Assembly: GCA_945607565.1 (NCBI GenBank)
Contig: CALYZD010000001.1
Coordinates: forward strand, 1-64,000
From: an uncultured Bacteroidales bacterium
GTDB lineage: Bacteria > Bacteroidota > Bacteroidia > Bacteroidales > Marinilabiliaceae
Direction of reading: 5' to 3'
DNA length: 64,000 bases
Part shown: piece by piece, positions 1 to 9,914 of the stretch
Layout: every line of letters begins with the position of its first letter
How positions within the stretch are numbered: position 1 is the first letter of the stretch
Position numbers and translations under genes: made by a program
The notes under the pieces: generated by a model
Told to the model about the DNA's origin: nothing
What the model saw: only the letters and a program-made list of their open reading frames with translations
The model's database searches: none

Positions 1-1460
1 ATCAGGCCAAAGGCGCCCATGAGGATGCCCACACGGAGCATGTCTTTCTGTTCGATGAGGCCGGTGGCGTGTGCAAGCGCGTTGGGTGGCGTGCTGATGG
101 GCAGGAGCATGGCCAGCGACGATCCGAGCGCCACGCCGATGAGCAGCGTCTGTACGCCTCCGACGGCGAGCAGCGTGTCCTGCATGCTGACGCCCACCAT
201 GGCCAAGATTGGCACAAGCAGTGCGGCGGTGGCGGTGTGCGAGATGAAGTTGGCCATCATGAAGCAGAGCAGGCCCGAGCCGATGACCATCAGCGTGGGC
301 GACCACGTGCCGAACGGAACGGCTTCGACAAGCGTCTCGGCCAGGCCGGTCTCTTTGAGCGCAAGGCCCAGTGCAAATCCGCCCGAAACCATCCATAGGA
401 TGCTCCAGTTGATTTCTTCGAGGTCGTGGCGGGTGATGATGCCGGTGGCGCAGAAGACGGCAATCGGAATCATGGCCACGGTGTTGGCGTTGATGCCGGT
501 GAGTTTGTCGAACATCCACAGCAGGGCGGTGACGATGAACGTGATGTAGACCACGTTGGTCTGCCAGTTATGCTTGACTTCGCCGCTTATCTTGAGTTCG
601 ATGTTTTTCTGCTTGAACGGGAAGAGCGTCTTGAGGATGAACCACGAGAAGATGAGGATGACGATGGCCAGCGGGAACATGAACGACATCCATTCGCCGA
701 AGCCGATGTTGAGATTCATGCCGTCGGGGTCGTTGAGGTATTTGAGGGCGATGGCGTTGGGCGGCGTGCCTATGGGCGTGCCGATGCCGCCGATGTTGGC
801 GCCCACGGGGATAGCCAGCGCCAGGCCGATGCGTCCCTTGCCGTCGGCGGGCAGAGCCTTGAGCACGGGTGTCAGGAACGAAATCATCATGGCGGCGGTG
901 GCCGTGTTGCTGATGAACATCGAGAACAGTCCGGTGACGAGCAGGAAGCCCAGCAGGACGTTCTCGGACTTGGTGCCGAAGAGCTTGAGCAGCACCTTGG
1001 CCAGCAGCACGTCGAGGCCGCACTTGGTGGCTGCGATGGCAAGGATGAATCCGCCGAGGAACAGCATGATTATCGGGTCGGCAAAGGTGGCCATGATGGC
1101 CTTGCCCTTGACGATGGTGCCGTAGGCCTGGGCGCCGCCGCCGACCACGTCTTCTTTGAGAAACCAGAAGCTGTTGTCCGAAATGGTCAGCAGCAGCGTG
1201 GTGATGATGATGACCGAGGTGGTCCAGGCCGGCAGCACTTCCATGACCCACATCAGGGTGGCGAAGACGAAAATCGCCAGCACGCGCTGCTGGATGATGG
1301 TCAGGTCGGGGATGCCGAGCGCCGAGGTCGGCAGCAGCCAGATGGTGAATGTGGCCGCAAGAGCAATGAACAGTGTCACGACGCGCTTGAGCACGTTTTT
1401 GTCGGGCTTGTTCTTCTGAAGGGCTTCGAGCAGGTGGAAGCCGGTGAAATTTTTAAACAT
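1..1460 (-). CDS. DASS/SLC13-family Na+-coupled anion (di/tricarboxylate or sulfate) symporter, partial; C-terminus lies beyond the window start
   Basis: Minus-strand frame translated by hand; the ORF track misses it because no stop falls inside the window. Start ATG is the reverse complement of 1458-1460 (MFKNFTGFHLLEALQ...). Many TM segments and the DASS signature ...SNTATAAMMISFLTPV...; the frame is still open at position 1 (...LIEQKDMLRVGILMGAFGLI). Overlapping plus-strand ORFs (19..549, 426..1472) are Arg/Gly-rich antisense artefacts. Confidence 0.7.
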   Translation of the reverse strand, partial: MFKNFTGFHLLEALQKNKPDKNVLKRVVTLFIALAATFTIWLLPTSALGIPDLTIIQQRVLAIFVFATLMWVMEVLPAWTTSVIIITTLLLTISDNSFWFLKEDVVGGGAQAYGTIVKGKAIMATFADPIIMLFLGGFILAIAATKCGLDVLLAKVLLKLFGTKSENVLLGFLLVTGLFSMFISNTATAAMMISFLTPVLKALPADGKGRIGLALAIPVGANIGGIGTPIGTPPNAIALKYLNDPDGMNLNIGFGEWMSFMFPLAIVILIFSWFILKTLFPFKQKNIELKISGEVKHNWQTNVVYITFIVTALLWMFDKLTGINANTVAMIPIAVFCATGIITRHDLEEINWSILWMVSGGFALGLALKETGLAETLVEAVPFGTWSPTLMVIGSGLLCFMMANFISHTATAALLVPILAMVGVSMQDTLLAVGGVQTLLIGVALGSSLAMLLPISTPPNALAHATGLIEQKDMLRVGILMGAFGL

Positions 1461-1775
1461 TGTAAAGAATAGTGATTGTTAAATCGTTTGATAAATAGTG
1501 GCCGCGCCAAATCCATCTTCTTGCAAAAGACGCGCTTGGAGCCGCCGGTTATGTCTCGCTTGCCGTTTTTTCTAAGGCGCCGCAAAGGTATCAAAAGAAA
1601 CGTAAATTAACACGTTGACGGATTTATTTCGTGCAATAAGGCGCCGCCGGCCGACGAAAGCGCCGGACGAATTTTTGGCCGCCTCATAAAACGCCCGAAG
1701 TGCAGGCCATAATTCAAATCTTATTAATTTTGCCAGTCGAATCGCAAACCGAAACTTTTTTAAACGCATCAACCC

Positions 1776-2387
1776 ATGCTCATAGTCGGCATAGCAGGCG
1801 GAACCGGTTCGGGCAAGACGACCGTGGTTCGCAAGATAATCGAAAAGCTGCCCGAAGGCGAGGTGGCCGTCATTCCGCAGGACTCGTACTACTACGACAG
1901 CAGCCACATCCCGATGCAGGAGCGGCAGAAAATCAACTTCGACCATCCCGACTCCATCGAGTTCGGCCTGCTCATCGACCACGTCAGGCAGTTGCGCGAG
2001 GGCCGCTCGATAGCCCAGCCCGTCTATTCGTATCTGACCTGCACACGCCAGGCCGAGACCGTCACCGTCAATCCGCACGACGTCATCATCATCGAGGGCA
2101 TCCTGGTGCTGACCAACAAGGAGCTCCGCGACATGATGGACCTCAAGGTCTTCGTCGACGCCGAGGCCGACGACCGGCTGATACGCGTCATCATGCGCGA
2201 CATCGTGGAGCGCGGCCGCACGGTCGAGAAGGTGCTGAGTCGCTACGAGGAGACCCTGAAGCCGATGCACACCCAGTTCATCGAGCCCACCAAGCGCTAT
2301 GCCGACATCATCGTGCCACAGGGCGGCAACAACGACATCGCCATCGACATCCTGACAAGCCACATCCGTAAACACATCAAACCATAG
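1776..2387 (+). CDS. udk: uridine kinase
   Basis: P-loop GIAGGTGSGKTT; full-length similarity to Udk family (203 aa). Confidence 0.9.
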   Translation: MLIVGIAGGTGSGKTTVVRKIIEKLPEGEVAVIPQDSYYYDSSHIPMQERQKINFDHPDSIEFGLLIDHVRQLREGRSIAQPVYSYLTCTRQAETVTVNPHDVIIIEGILVLTNKELRDMMDLKVFVDAEADDRLIRVIMRDIVERGRTVEKVLSRYEETLKPMHTQFIEPTKRYADIIVPQGGNNDIAIDILTSHIRKHIKP

Positions 2388-2391
2388 CCCG

Positions 2392-3120
2392 ATGCTCAAC
2401 CAGATTTCTGCCGACGACCTGCTTTATGTCGACATCGAGACGATTCCGGCCGCCCCGTCGCTGTCCGGACTGACGCCCGAGATGCAGGCCCTCTGGGACC
2501 GCAAGTCGGAATCGTTCCGCAAGCCCGAGCAAACGGCCGCCGACGTCTATCAGCGCGCCGGCATCTACGCCGAATTCGGCCGGATAATCTGCATCTCGGC
2601 CGGATTCATCTACCGCACGCCCGACGGCCGGCGCGGCTTCCGCACCAAATCGTTCGCCTCCGACGACGAGCGCGCGCTGCTGGACGACTTCGGGCGGATG
2701 CTCGACGGATTCTGCCTGCCCACGCGCCCCGAGCGGATGCTCTGCGGGCACAACATAAAGGAGTTCGACGTGCCCTACATAGCCCGCCGGATGCTCATCA
2801 ACGGCGTAGGGCTGCCGGGCGTCATTGACGTGGCCGGGCGCAAGCCGTGGGAGGTCCGCATGGTCGACACCATGGAGCTCTGGAAGTTCGGCGACTACAA
2901 AAGCTTCACCTCGCTCAACCTGCTGGCCCACATCTTCGGCATCCCGACGCCCAAAGACGACATAGACGGCAGCCAGGTGGCCGAGGTCTACTATGGCACT
3001 CACGACATAGGCCGCATCTCGGTCTATTGCGAAAAGGACGTGCTGGCCACGGCTCAGCTGCTGCTGCGCTACAAGGGCGAGCCACTGATTGACACTGCAC
3101 TGGTCGAACATGTAAACTGA
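2392..3120 (+). CDS. 3'-5' exonuclease, RNase H-like fold related to PolB exonuclease domain (COG3298-type)
   Basis: 242 aa; LYVDIET acidic motif near N-term, HNIKEFDVPY motif, typical of Bacteroidales predicted 3'-5' exonucleases. Confidence 0.7.
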   Translation: MLNQISADDLLYVDIETIPAAPSLSGLTPEMQALWDRKSESFRKPEQTAADVYQRAGIYAEFGRIICISAGFIYRTPDGRRGFRTKSFASDDERALLDDFGRMLDGFCLPTRPERMLCGHNIKEFDVPYIARRMLINGVGLPGVIDVAGRKPWEVRMVDTMELWKFGDYKSFTSLNLLAHIFGIPTPKDDIDGSQVAEVYYGTHDIGRISVYCEKDVLATAQLLLRYKGEPLIDTALVEHVN

Positions 3121-3128
3121 TTGTCACC

Positions 3129-3650
3129 GTGGCACTGATAAGGGAATTGCGCGGGCACAGCCCGCAAGTGGCCGACGACGTCTTCGTGGCCGAAACGGCG
3201 ACGCTGATAGGCGACGTCAGCGTGGGCGCCGGCAGCAGCATCTGGTATGGCGCCGTGCTGCGCGGCGACGTGGGAGCCATCCGCATAGGGCGGTGCTGCA
3301 ACGTGCAGGACGGCGCGGTGCTTCACGCCACGTTCAACAAGACCACGGTCGAGGTTGGCGACAATGTGTCGATCGGCCACAACGCCACCGTCCACGGCGC
3401 CACGCTGCGCGACAACGTGCTGGTGGGCATGGGCGCCACGGTGCTCGACGGCGCCGTGATAGAGAACAACGTGATTGTGGCCGCCAACGCGCTGGTGCTG
3501 GCCGGGACCCGCACCGAGCCCAACTGCATCTACGCCGGCGTGCCGGCCCGGATGGTCAAGCGGCTGGCGCCCGACGAGGCCGCCGAGCGCGTCGGATACT
3601 ATGCGCGCGGCTATGTGGAATACGCAAAATGGTATAAACAAGGAATATAA
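3129..3650 (+). CDS. gamma-class carbonic anhydrase-like / hexapeptide-repeat (LbH) protein
   Basis: Repeated [LIV]-G-x-x-x-x hexapeptide pattern (IGDVSVGAGSSIWYGAVLRGDVGAIRIG...), CamH/YrdA/PaaY-like length (173 aa). GTG start in ORF track. Confidence 0.8.
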   Translation: MALIRELRGHSPQVADDVFVAETATLIGDVSVGAGSSIWYGAVLRGDVGAIRIGRCCNVQDGAVLHATFNKTTVEVGDNVSIGHNATVHGATLRDNVLVGMGATVLDGAVIENNVIVAANALVLAGTRTEPNCIYAGVPARMVKRLAPDEAAERVGYYARGYVEYAKWYKQGI

Positions 3651-3720
3651 ACTCACAGACTAAACTCGCGCGGCGCCACGGAGCGGCCGCCGGAAACAAA
3701 TCAAAAAACCGAAACACATC

Positions 3721-4446
3721 ATGAACATCGTCAGACATATCCCGAACACCATCACATCGATGAACCTCCTTTGCGGAGTGTTCGCCACCGTCTTTGCGCT
3801 CAGCGGAAAGCTGCAGACCGCCGCCGTCCTGATATTCGCCGGCGCGCTCTTCGACTTCTGCGACGGATTTGCGGCGCGCGCCCTCAAGGCCTACAGCGCC
3901 ATCGGCAAAGAACTCGACTCGCTGGCCGACCTCATCACCTTCGGCCTCGCGCCCGCGTCGATGTACTCGACGTTCGTCAAGTTCCAGCTGACAGGCGACT
4001 ACGGCCGTCCGCTGGTCACGCTGTCGGGGCTCCAGACGTTCTGGGTGGCGCTGCCGTTCGTGCTGGTGGTCTTCTCGGCGCTCAGGCTCGCTAAGTTCAA
4101 CATCGACACGCGCCAGACCGAAAACTTCCTCGGCCTGACCACCACGGCCACGGGCATCTTCACAGCATCGCTGCTCTACATGGCCGTCGACTATCCCGAC
4201 TTCTTCGGGTGGTTCAGGCCGTCGCTGGTGGTGCTGGCCGTTATGATATTCTCGGTGCTGCTGGTTAGCGAGGTGCCGATGTTCTCGCTCAAAATCAAGC
4301 ATTTCACATGGCAGGGCAACGAGAACCGCTTCATCCTGGTGGGCGTGGCCATCGTCAGCGTCATCTTCCTGCAGGTGGGCGGCATAGCCGTGACAATCCT
4401 GGCCTACATCCTCTTTTCGCTGATTAAGCATATCTTTGCCAGATAA
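3721..4446 (+). CDS. pssA: CDP-diacylglycerol--serine O-phosphatidyltransferase (CDP-alcohol phosphatidyltransferase family)
   Basis: PNTITSMNLLCG ... DFCDGFAAR ... GKELDSLADLITFG: CDP-OH phosphotransferase motif D-G-x2-A-R...G-x3-D-x3-D; multi-TM. Confidence 0.8.
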   Translation: MNIVRHIPNTITSMNLLCGVFATVFALSGKLQTAAVLIFAGALFDFCDGFAARALKAYSAIGKELDSLADLITFGLAPASMYSTFVKFQLTGDYGRPLVTLSGLQTFWVALPFVLVVFSALRLAKFNIDTRQTENFLGLTTTATGIFTASLLYMAVDYPDFFGWFRPSLVVLAVMIFSVLLVSEVPMFSLKIKHFTWQGNENRFILVGVAIVSVIFLQVGGIAVTILAYILFSLIKHIFAR

Positions 4447-4468
4447 CAACGACCCCGAACGTGTGCCG

Positions 4469-7138
4469 ATGAGCAGGAAGACGCTGATATATACGATAGT
4501 GGTGCTGGCCATGGCGGCAGCCGCCGGTTGCGCCGTGGTGTGGCTCAACCTGAACCGGCGCTACGTCGGCAACGAGCCCGTGCAGCATCTCCCCGCGTCC
4601 ACCGCCATGCTCGTGCGCATCAACGGCATCGACGTGGTGCGCCAGGCCCCGACCCACAGCTACTGGGCCGACCTGACGCGTCAGCCCGACGTCGAACGGC
4701 TGTGCCGCACGCTCCTTGCCGCCGACTCCATCCTCTCGGCCGACCGCCTCGACATGGCCGAACCGCTGCTGGGCCGCCCCATGTGGATAGCCCTTTGTCC
4801 CGACTCGGCCGGGCAGGTTTCGGGCATAGCGGCCGTCAGCCTGCGCAACTTCATGGAAGGCTGGTATTTGTGGAAGAACATGGCCGCCTCGTCGGGCCTC
4901 CTGACGTCGACGGTCGACGATGGCGATGTCGAGATGATGCGCCTGGCCATGCCCGACAGCGCCGCCGTCTATTTCGCCGCCGTGTCCGACGGCATCTTCT
5001 GGGTCTCGCGCAGCCGCGAACTGCTTTCGCAGGTGGTGCAGGCCGATTCCGACGCCTCGCTATGTTCCGACGCCACCTTCACCACCGTCGGCAAGACGAT
5101 GTCCGACAACGCGCCCGTCTCCATCTTCGTCCACCTCGACGCCCTCCGCCGCATCGGCATCGGCCCCCGGCTGCTGAGCAGTCTGGCCGCCAGCTACGCA
5201 GGGTGGGGCACATGGGTGGAGCTCGACGTCGACATGCAGCAGACTTCGATTCTGCTCAACGGATTCCTGTCGTCGGCGTTCGTGTCGCCGGCCACGGTTA
5301 TCGCCGGCGCTCAGCCCAAGCCTTTCCGCCTCGACGACTATATCCCCTCCAACGTCAACAGCCTTGTCTGTTACGGGGCCGATGCGCGCGGATATTCCAA
5401 CAAATTGTTCTCCAAGAGTCTGCACCAGTCGGGCCGCGCCGACGCCTACAGCGCCCTGCAGGCCAACACGTTTGCCGAGCTCGGCGTCGACGTTGAGGCG
5501 CAGCTGTCGTCGATATTCGCGGGCGAACTTGCGCTCTTCTCGCCGGCCTATCAGGTCAGCGGCGACTGCCTTGCGCTCGGCTGTGAGAACGGCACCATAG
5601 CTCAGGCCGAACTCAACGCGCTGCTCGGCACGCTCGGCCGCACCGAGTCGCCCGAAGTGGTCGCCGAGTTCGGCATGTCCGACAATCTGACCATCCCCGT
5701 CTTCTCGGCCTTTGCCGACGGGTGGCCGCTGTTCTTCCTCGGCGAAATGTTCGACAGCATCCCCAGCCGATACTATCTGCGCTACGAAAACGCCCTCTTC
5801 TTTGCCGACAATCTGACGGTGCTCCACAACGTCGTCTACGACAATATGCTCAACCGCACGCTCAAGAACGAGGCCGACTATCAGAACTTCCGGTCGTCGT
5901 TCCCGTCAGACATGCAGTATTTCAGCTACATGTCGAGCACCCGAATCAAAGAGCTCTGCGGCGCCGCCGACATGGCCGACCTGCGCGCCGCCGCCAATTT
6001 CTACGGCTTGGGCCTGCAGGTGTCGTGCGTCAGCGGGCTGCCCTATGTGACCATCGGCACGCGCTACGCGCCCAACCGCACTGCCATGCCGCCCACCGCC
6101 TGGCAGAGCCGCCTCGACACCACGATGACAGGCCGGCCCTATGTGGTCGAAAACCATAACACCGGCGAGCACGAGATACTTGTCCAGGACGCGTCGTTCA
6201 ACATTTATCTGGTCAATTCGAAGGGGTTGTCGATATGGAAACGCAAGCTCGACGGGCCGATAGTGGGCGGGATTGAGCAAATCGACTACTATCACAACGG
6301 CAAACTGCAATATCTGTTCTGCACGCCCGACTGCATTCACATCATCGACCGCAACGGCAACAACACCGGCCCGTTCCCGATAATGCTGCCCGCGCCGGCC
6401 ACCAGCCAGGTCCGTTACATCGACTATGGCAACCCCGCCGACTTCAGGCTCTTCGTGGCCTGCAGCGACAAGCAGATATGCCTCTACGACCGCGAAGGCA
6501 ACCGCGTCCAGGGCTGGAACACCCAGAAGACCGACGGCCCCGTGACGCGCCCGCTGCAGCACTTCACCACCGGCGGCAAAGACTACCTCGTGGCCGCCGA
6601 CGCCTACCGATGCTACGTCAGCGACCGCCGCGGCAACGAGCGCCTGAAGCCCGACGTCGCCTTTGCGCCCAACCCCGGCAGCGAGATAGCCCTGGTGCAC
6701 CGCAACCAGCCCACGGCCGCCCTCGTGACCACCGATGCCGCCGGCAATTTCGTGTCGGTGGCCGTGCCCAGCGGCAAAGTCACGCTCAAGCCTATCGACG
6801 AGCTTGCCGGCCGCGAGCATTTCGCAGTCTTCGACGCGGCCACGCAGCAGTACTTCGTGTTCCTTCCCGAAAAAATGATAATCCTCGACGCCGACGGCAA
6901 CCGCACGGCCGAGCACGAACTCTACCTCGCCAGCCTCTCCGACGTCCGCATCCACAACCGGACAATCGCCCTCTGGGATTCCGAAGAAAAGCTCGGCTAT
7001 CTGGTGACGTTCGACGGCAAGATAGTGGACGGATTCCCGGTCCCCGCCGCCAGCCCGCTGTCAATCATGGAGACATCCGACGTCTTCAACATCATCGCAG
7101 CCGGAATAGATGGAAGTCTGTTCGACTTTTTAAAGTGA
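4469..7138 (+). CDS. hypothetical membrane-anchored protein (~890 aa) with C-terminal beta-propeller-like repeats
   Basis: N-terminal single TM (LIYTIVVLAMAAAAGCAVVWL); C-terminal third has repeated ~40-aa units (IDRNGNNTGPFP / YDREGNRVQGW / SDRRGNERLKP) resembling PQQ/BamB-type propeller blades. Alternative start 4436 would overlap the pssA stop (4446); either way it is translationally coupled to pssA. Confidence 0.6.
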   Translation: MSRKTLIYTIVVLAMAAAAGCAVVWLNLNRRYVGNEPVQHLPASTAMLVRINGIDVVRQAPTHSYWADLTRQPDVERLCRTLLAADSILSADRLDMAEPLLGRPMWIALCPDSAGQVSGIAAVSLRNFMEGWYLWKNMAASSGLLTSTVDDGDVEMMRLAMPDSAAVYFAAVSDGIFWVSRSRELLSQVVQADSDASLCSDATFTTVGKTMSDNAPVSIFVHLDALRRIGIGPRLLSSLAASYAGWGTWVELDVDMQQTSILLNGFLSSAFVSPATVIAGAQPKPFRLDDYIPSNVNSLVCYGADARGYSNKLFSKSLHQSGRADAYSALQANTFAELGVDVEAQLSSIFAGELALFSPAYQVSGDCLALGCENGTIAQAELNALLGTLGRTESPEVVAEFGMSDNLTIPVFSAFADGWPLFFLGEMFDSIPSRYYLRYENALFFADNLTVLHNVVYDNMLNRTLKNEADYQNFRSSFPSDMQYFSYMSSTRIKELCGAADMADLRAAANFYGLGLQVSCVSGLPYVTIGTRYAPNRTAMPPTAWQSRLDTTMTGRPYVVENHNTGEHEILVQDASFNIYLVNSKGLSIWKRKLDGPIVGGIEQIDYYHNGKLQYLFCTPDCIHIIDRNGNNTGPFPIMLPAPATSQVRYIDYGNPADFRLFVACSDKQICLYDREGNRVQGWNTQKTDGPVTRPLQHFTTGGKDYLVAADAYRCYVSDRRGNERLKPDVAFAPNPGSEIALVHRNQPTAALVTTDAAGNFVSVAVPSGKVTLKPIDELAGREHFAVFDAATQQYFVFLPEKMIILDADGNRTAEHELYLASLSDVRIHNRTIALWDSEEKLGYLVTFDGKIVDGFPVPAASPLSIMETSDVFNIIAAGIDGSLFDFLK

Positions 7139-7312
7139 TAGAATCATCTGAGATATTGATATTTCATATTTTTCTATGTGCTTTTCCTAAACCTTTTTTA
7201 CAAAAAGTCGTATACTTGCATCGTGTATAAATCATTGTCGGTCTGAGGTATGGACAATAGTTTGAGCCTGCCCGGGCGGCATGTTCCGATAATCAAAAAA
7301 ATAAAATTAAAT

Positions 7313-8017
7313 ATGAGACATTATTTTGAAAACTTGGAATCGCAGATTGACTTGAAAACATTGGCGATTTTTAACGATCTGACCGAGGCAGAATATGCGG
7401 AGTTGGGTAAATGTGTGAGCCTTACACGATTTAAGAAAAACACGGTAGTGTATCATGAAGGGAGCCACATGGGCGGAATGTACGTAGTCCTGACCGGCAT
7501 CCTGAAAGTCTACAAGACAGGTTACGACGGCAAGGAGCAGATAATCCGCTTTGCCAAAGCCGGCGACCCGATAGCATATCGCTCCATACTTTGCGGCGAG
7601 CCCGCCTGCACCACGGCCGAGACGCTCTACGAAACGTCGCTCTGCTACGTGCCGGCCGAGCAGCTGACAAAACTCATTCACGAAAACAACAACTTCGCCA
7701 TCACATTCCTCCGGCTGGCCTGCTCCGAGCTCGGCGAATCGAACAGCTTCCTGCTCGATCTGGCGCAGAAAACCGTTCGCGAACGCCTGGCCGAAGTCCT
7801 TCTCATACTGATGGAAACATTCGGAATCGACGAAGAGAACCGCCTCAAGATTGCCCTGACCCGCGAAGACCTCGCCAACATGGTGGGCACGGCCACCGAG
7901 TCGGTCATCCGCCTGCTCTCCGAGTTCAAGGCCGACAAACTCATCGAACTTCAGGGACGTTACATCAAGATGCTCAACATACCGCAGTTGCTTAAAATAG
8001 GTAACGTAAGAGTCTGA
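7313..8017 (+). CDS. Crp/Fnr family transcriptional regulator
   Basis: N-terminal cNMP-binding-like beta-roll (VVYHEGSHMGGMYVVLTGILKV) and C-terminal HTH (REDLANMVGTATESVIRLLSEF). ORF-track start 7250 probably too far upstream; internal M at 7313 chosen. Confidence 0.8.
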   Translation: MRHYFENLESQIDLKTLAIFNDLTEAEYAELGKCVSLTRFKKNTVVYHEGSHMGGMYVVLTGILKVYKTGYDGKEQIIRFAKAGDPIAYRSILCGEPACTTAETLYETSLCYVPAEQLTKLIHENNNFAITFLRLACSELGESNSFLLDLAQKTVRERLAEVLLILMETFGIDEENRLKIALTREDLANMVGTATESVIRLLSEFKADKLIELQGRYIKMLNIPQLLKIGNVRV

Positions 8018-8038
8018 ACGACAAACAAGTGGAAGCCG

Positions 8039-8078
8039 CACGCACGCGCCGTTTCCACTTTCTTTTTTCCTGTAACCT
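8039..8078 (+). terminator. candidate intrinsic terminator after the crp-like gene
   Basis: GTGGAA-N18-TTCCAC stem followed by TTTCTTTTTT. Confidence 0.4.
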
Positions 8079-8098
8079 GAAGAGCCATAACCTTAATA

Positions 8099-9784
8099 AT
8101 GAATTATTCTTTTTTAGATTTTCTACAACTGCTGGGCGCCCTTGCCTTGTTCCTCTACGGCATGAAAATGATGAGCGAGGCGCTGCAGAAAGTTGCCGGA
8201 TCACGAATGCGGAGCATCCTTTCGGTGATGACGTCAAACCGTTTCCTGGGGCTGCTTACAGGCTTTCTGGTGACAACGATCATACAGTCGTCGAGCGCGA
8301 CCACCGTCATGGTCGTCAGTTTCGTCAACGCCGGCCTGATTACACTGGGCGAGTCTATCGGCGTCATCATGGGTGCCAATATCGGCACCACCGTCACCGG
8401 CTGGATTATCTCGCTCCTCGGATTCAAAATCGAAATATCCGTCTACGCCCTGCCGGCAATAGGCATCGGCATGCCGCTGCTTTTCTCCAAAAAGTCGACC
8501 CGGCGCTCCATCGGCGAGCTGATACTCGGCATAGCGCTGCTTTTCATGGGCCTCGACTTCCTCAAAAACTCGGTTCCCGACATCTCGTCGTCGCCGCAAG
8601 TGTTTGAGTTTCTGAAAGATTATACCGACCGTGGCTACGCCTCGATACTCATTTTCCTTGCCGTCGGCACCGTCCTGACCATCGTCATCCAGTCGTCAAG
8701 CGCCACCATGGCCCTGACCCTCGTCATGTGCAGTCAGGGCTGGATTCCCTACGAAATGGCCGTTGCCATGGTGCTTGGCGAGAACATCGGCACCACCGTC
8801 ACGGCCAACATTGCCGCCGCCGTGGGCAACATCTCGGCGCGCCGCGCGGCCATGGTGCACCTGGTCTTCAACCTGATGGGCGTCATCTGGCTGCTGATAT
8901 TCTTCTATCCGTTCGTGGGCATGATAAGCCGGCTCGTGGTTCACTACGGCGGCCATTCGCCCTACGAGGACGTCACGTCGGTGCCGTTCGCGCTCGCGGC
9001 GTTCCACACGGTTTTCAATCTCACCAACTCGTTCGTTTTCATCTGGTTCACCAAGGTGATTGAAAAGCTGGTGATGATAATCCTGCCGGCCCACGAGTCG
9101 GAGGACGAGGAGTTCCACCTGCGCTTCATCACCACTGGCATGCTCTCGACGGCAGAACTGTCTCTCATCCAGGCCAAAAAGGAGATTCAGTTCTACGCCA
9201 AGCACACCAAGAAAATGTTCGGTTTCGTGCGCAAGCTGATGTCGGAAGACTCCGACTCGAAATTCACGAAGCTCTATGCCAAGATCGAGCGCTACGAGCG
9301 CATCAGCGACAACGTCGAGGTCGAGATTGCCAACTATCTGACCAAGGTCAACCATGGCAAGCTCAGCGACAGCGGCCGGCGTTCGGCGCGGGCCATGCTC
9401 AAGCTCATCGGCGAAATCGAAAGCATCGACGACAGCAATTTCACGCTGGCCCGCATCGTCAACCGGATGCGCGAGAGCAAGGTGCAGTTCGACACACCGT
9501 CGCTCGAAAAGATATTCCTGATGTTCAACATGGTGGACGAGGCGCTTGCCGTGATGCGCGAGAATCTCGAAACCGACGGTTATGTCGACCTGTCGAAGGC
9601 GCGCGAATACGAGACTCAGATCAACCGTTATCGCGATCAGCTCAAGCTTGAACGTTTCGAGGACATCAGAAACGGAAAATACACCTACGAAGAGGGCGTC
9701 TTCTTCACCGACATGGTTCAGGAGTGCGAGCGCATGGGCGACTACATCATCAATGTGGCCGAGGCGCTTTCGGAGTCGGAATGA
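8099..9784 (+). CDS. Na+/phosphate cotransporter family protein (NptA/YjbB-like) with C-terminal PhoU-like domain
   Basis: Duplicated Na_Pi_cotrans motifs (QSSSATTVMVVSFVNAG / QSSSATMALTLVM, GANIGTTVT / GENIGTTVT); soluble helical C-terminal half. Confidence 0.85.
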   Translation: MNYSFLDFLQLLGALALFLYGMKMMSEALQKVAGSRMRSILSVMTSNRFLGLLTGFLVTTIIQSSSATTVMVVSFVNAGLITLGESIGVIMGANIGTTVTGWIISLLGFKIEISVYALPAIGIGMPLLFSKKSTRRSIGELILGIALLFMGLDFLKNSVPDISSSPQVFEFLKDYTDRGYASILIFLAVGTVLTIVIQSSSATMALTLVMCSQGWIPYEMAVAMVLGENIGTTVTANIAAAVGNISARRAAMVHLVFNLMGVIWLLIFFYPFVGMISRLVVHYGGHSPYEDVTSVPFALAAFHTVFNLTNSFVFIWFTKVIEKLVMIILPAHESEDEEFHLRFITTGMLSTAELSLIQAKKEIQFYAKHTKKMFGFVRKLMSEDSDSKFTKLYAKIERYERISDNVEVEIANYLTKVNHGKLSDSGRRSARAMLKLIGEIESIDDSNFTLARIVNRMRESKVQFDTPSLEKIFLMFNMVDEALAVMRENLETDGYVDLSKAREYETQINRYRDQLKLERFEDIRNGKYTYEEGVFFTDMVQECERMGDYIINVAEALSESE

Positions 9785-9914
9785 AACCGCCGGAAACGTT
9801 GTTTCGGACTGCAATAAGTGGCAATGATTGACAAATCGTTGCCACTCGTTGCATTTGCTTGCGTTGTCCGTGGGTTTTTGAGTATCTTTGCTGATGTAGC
9901 GAAAATTTCATGCA

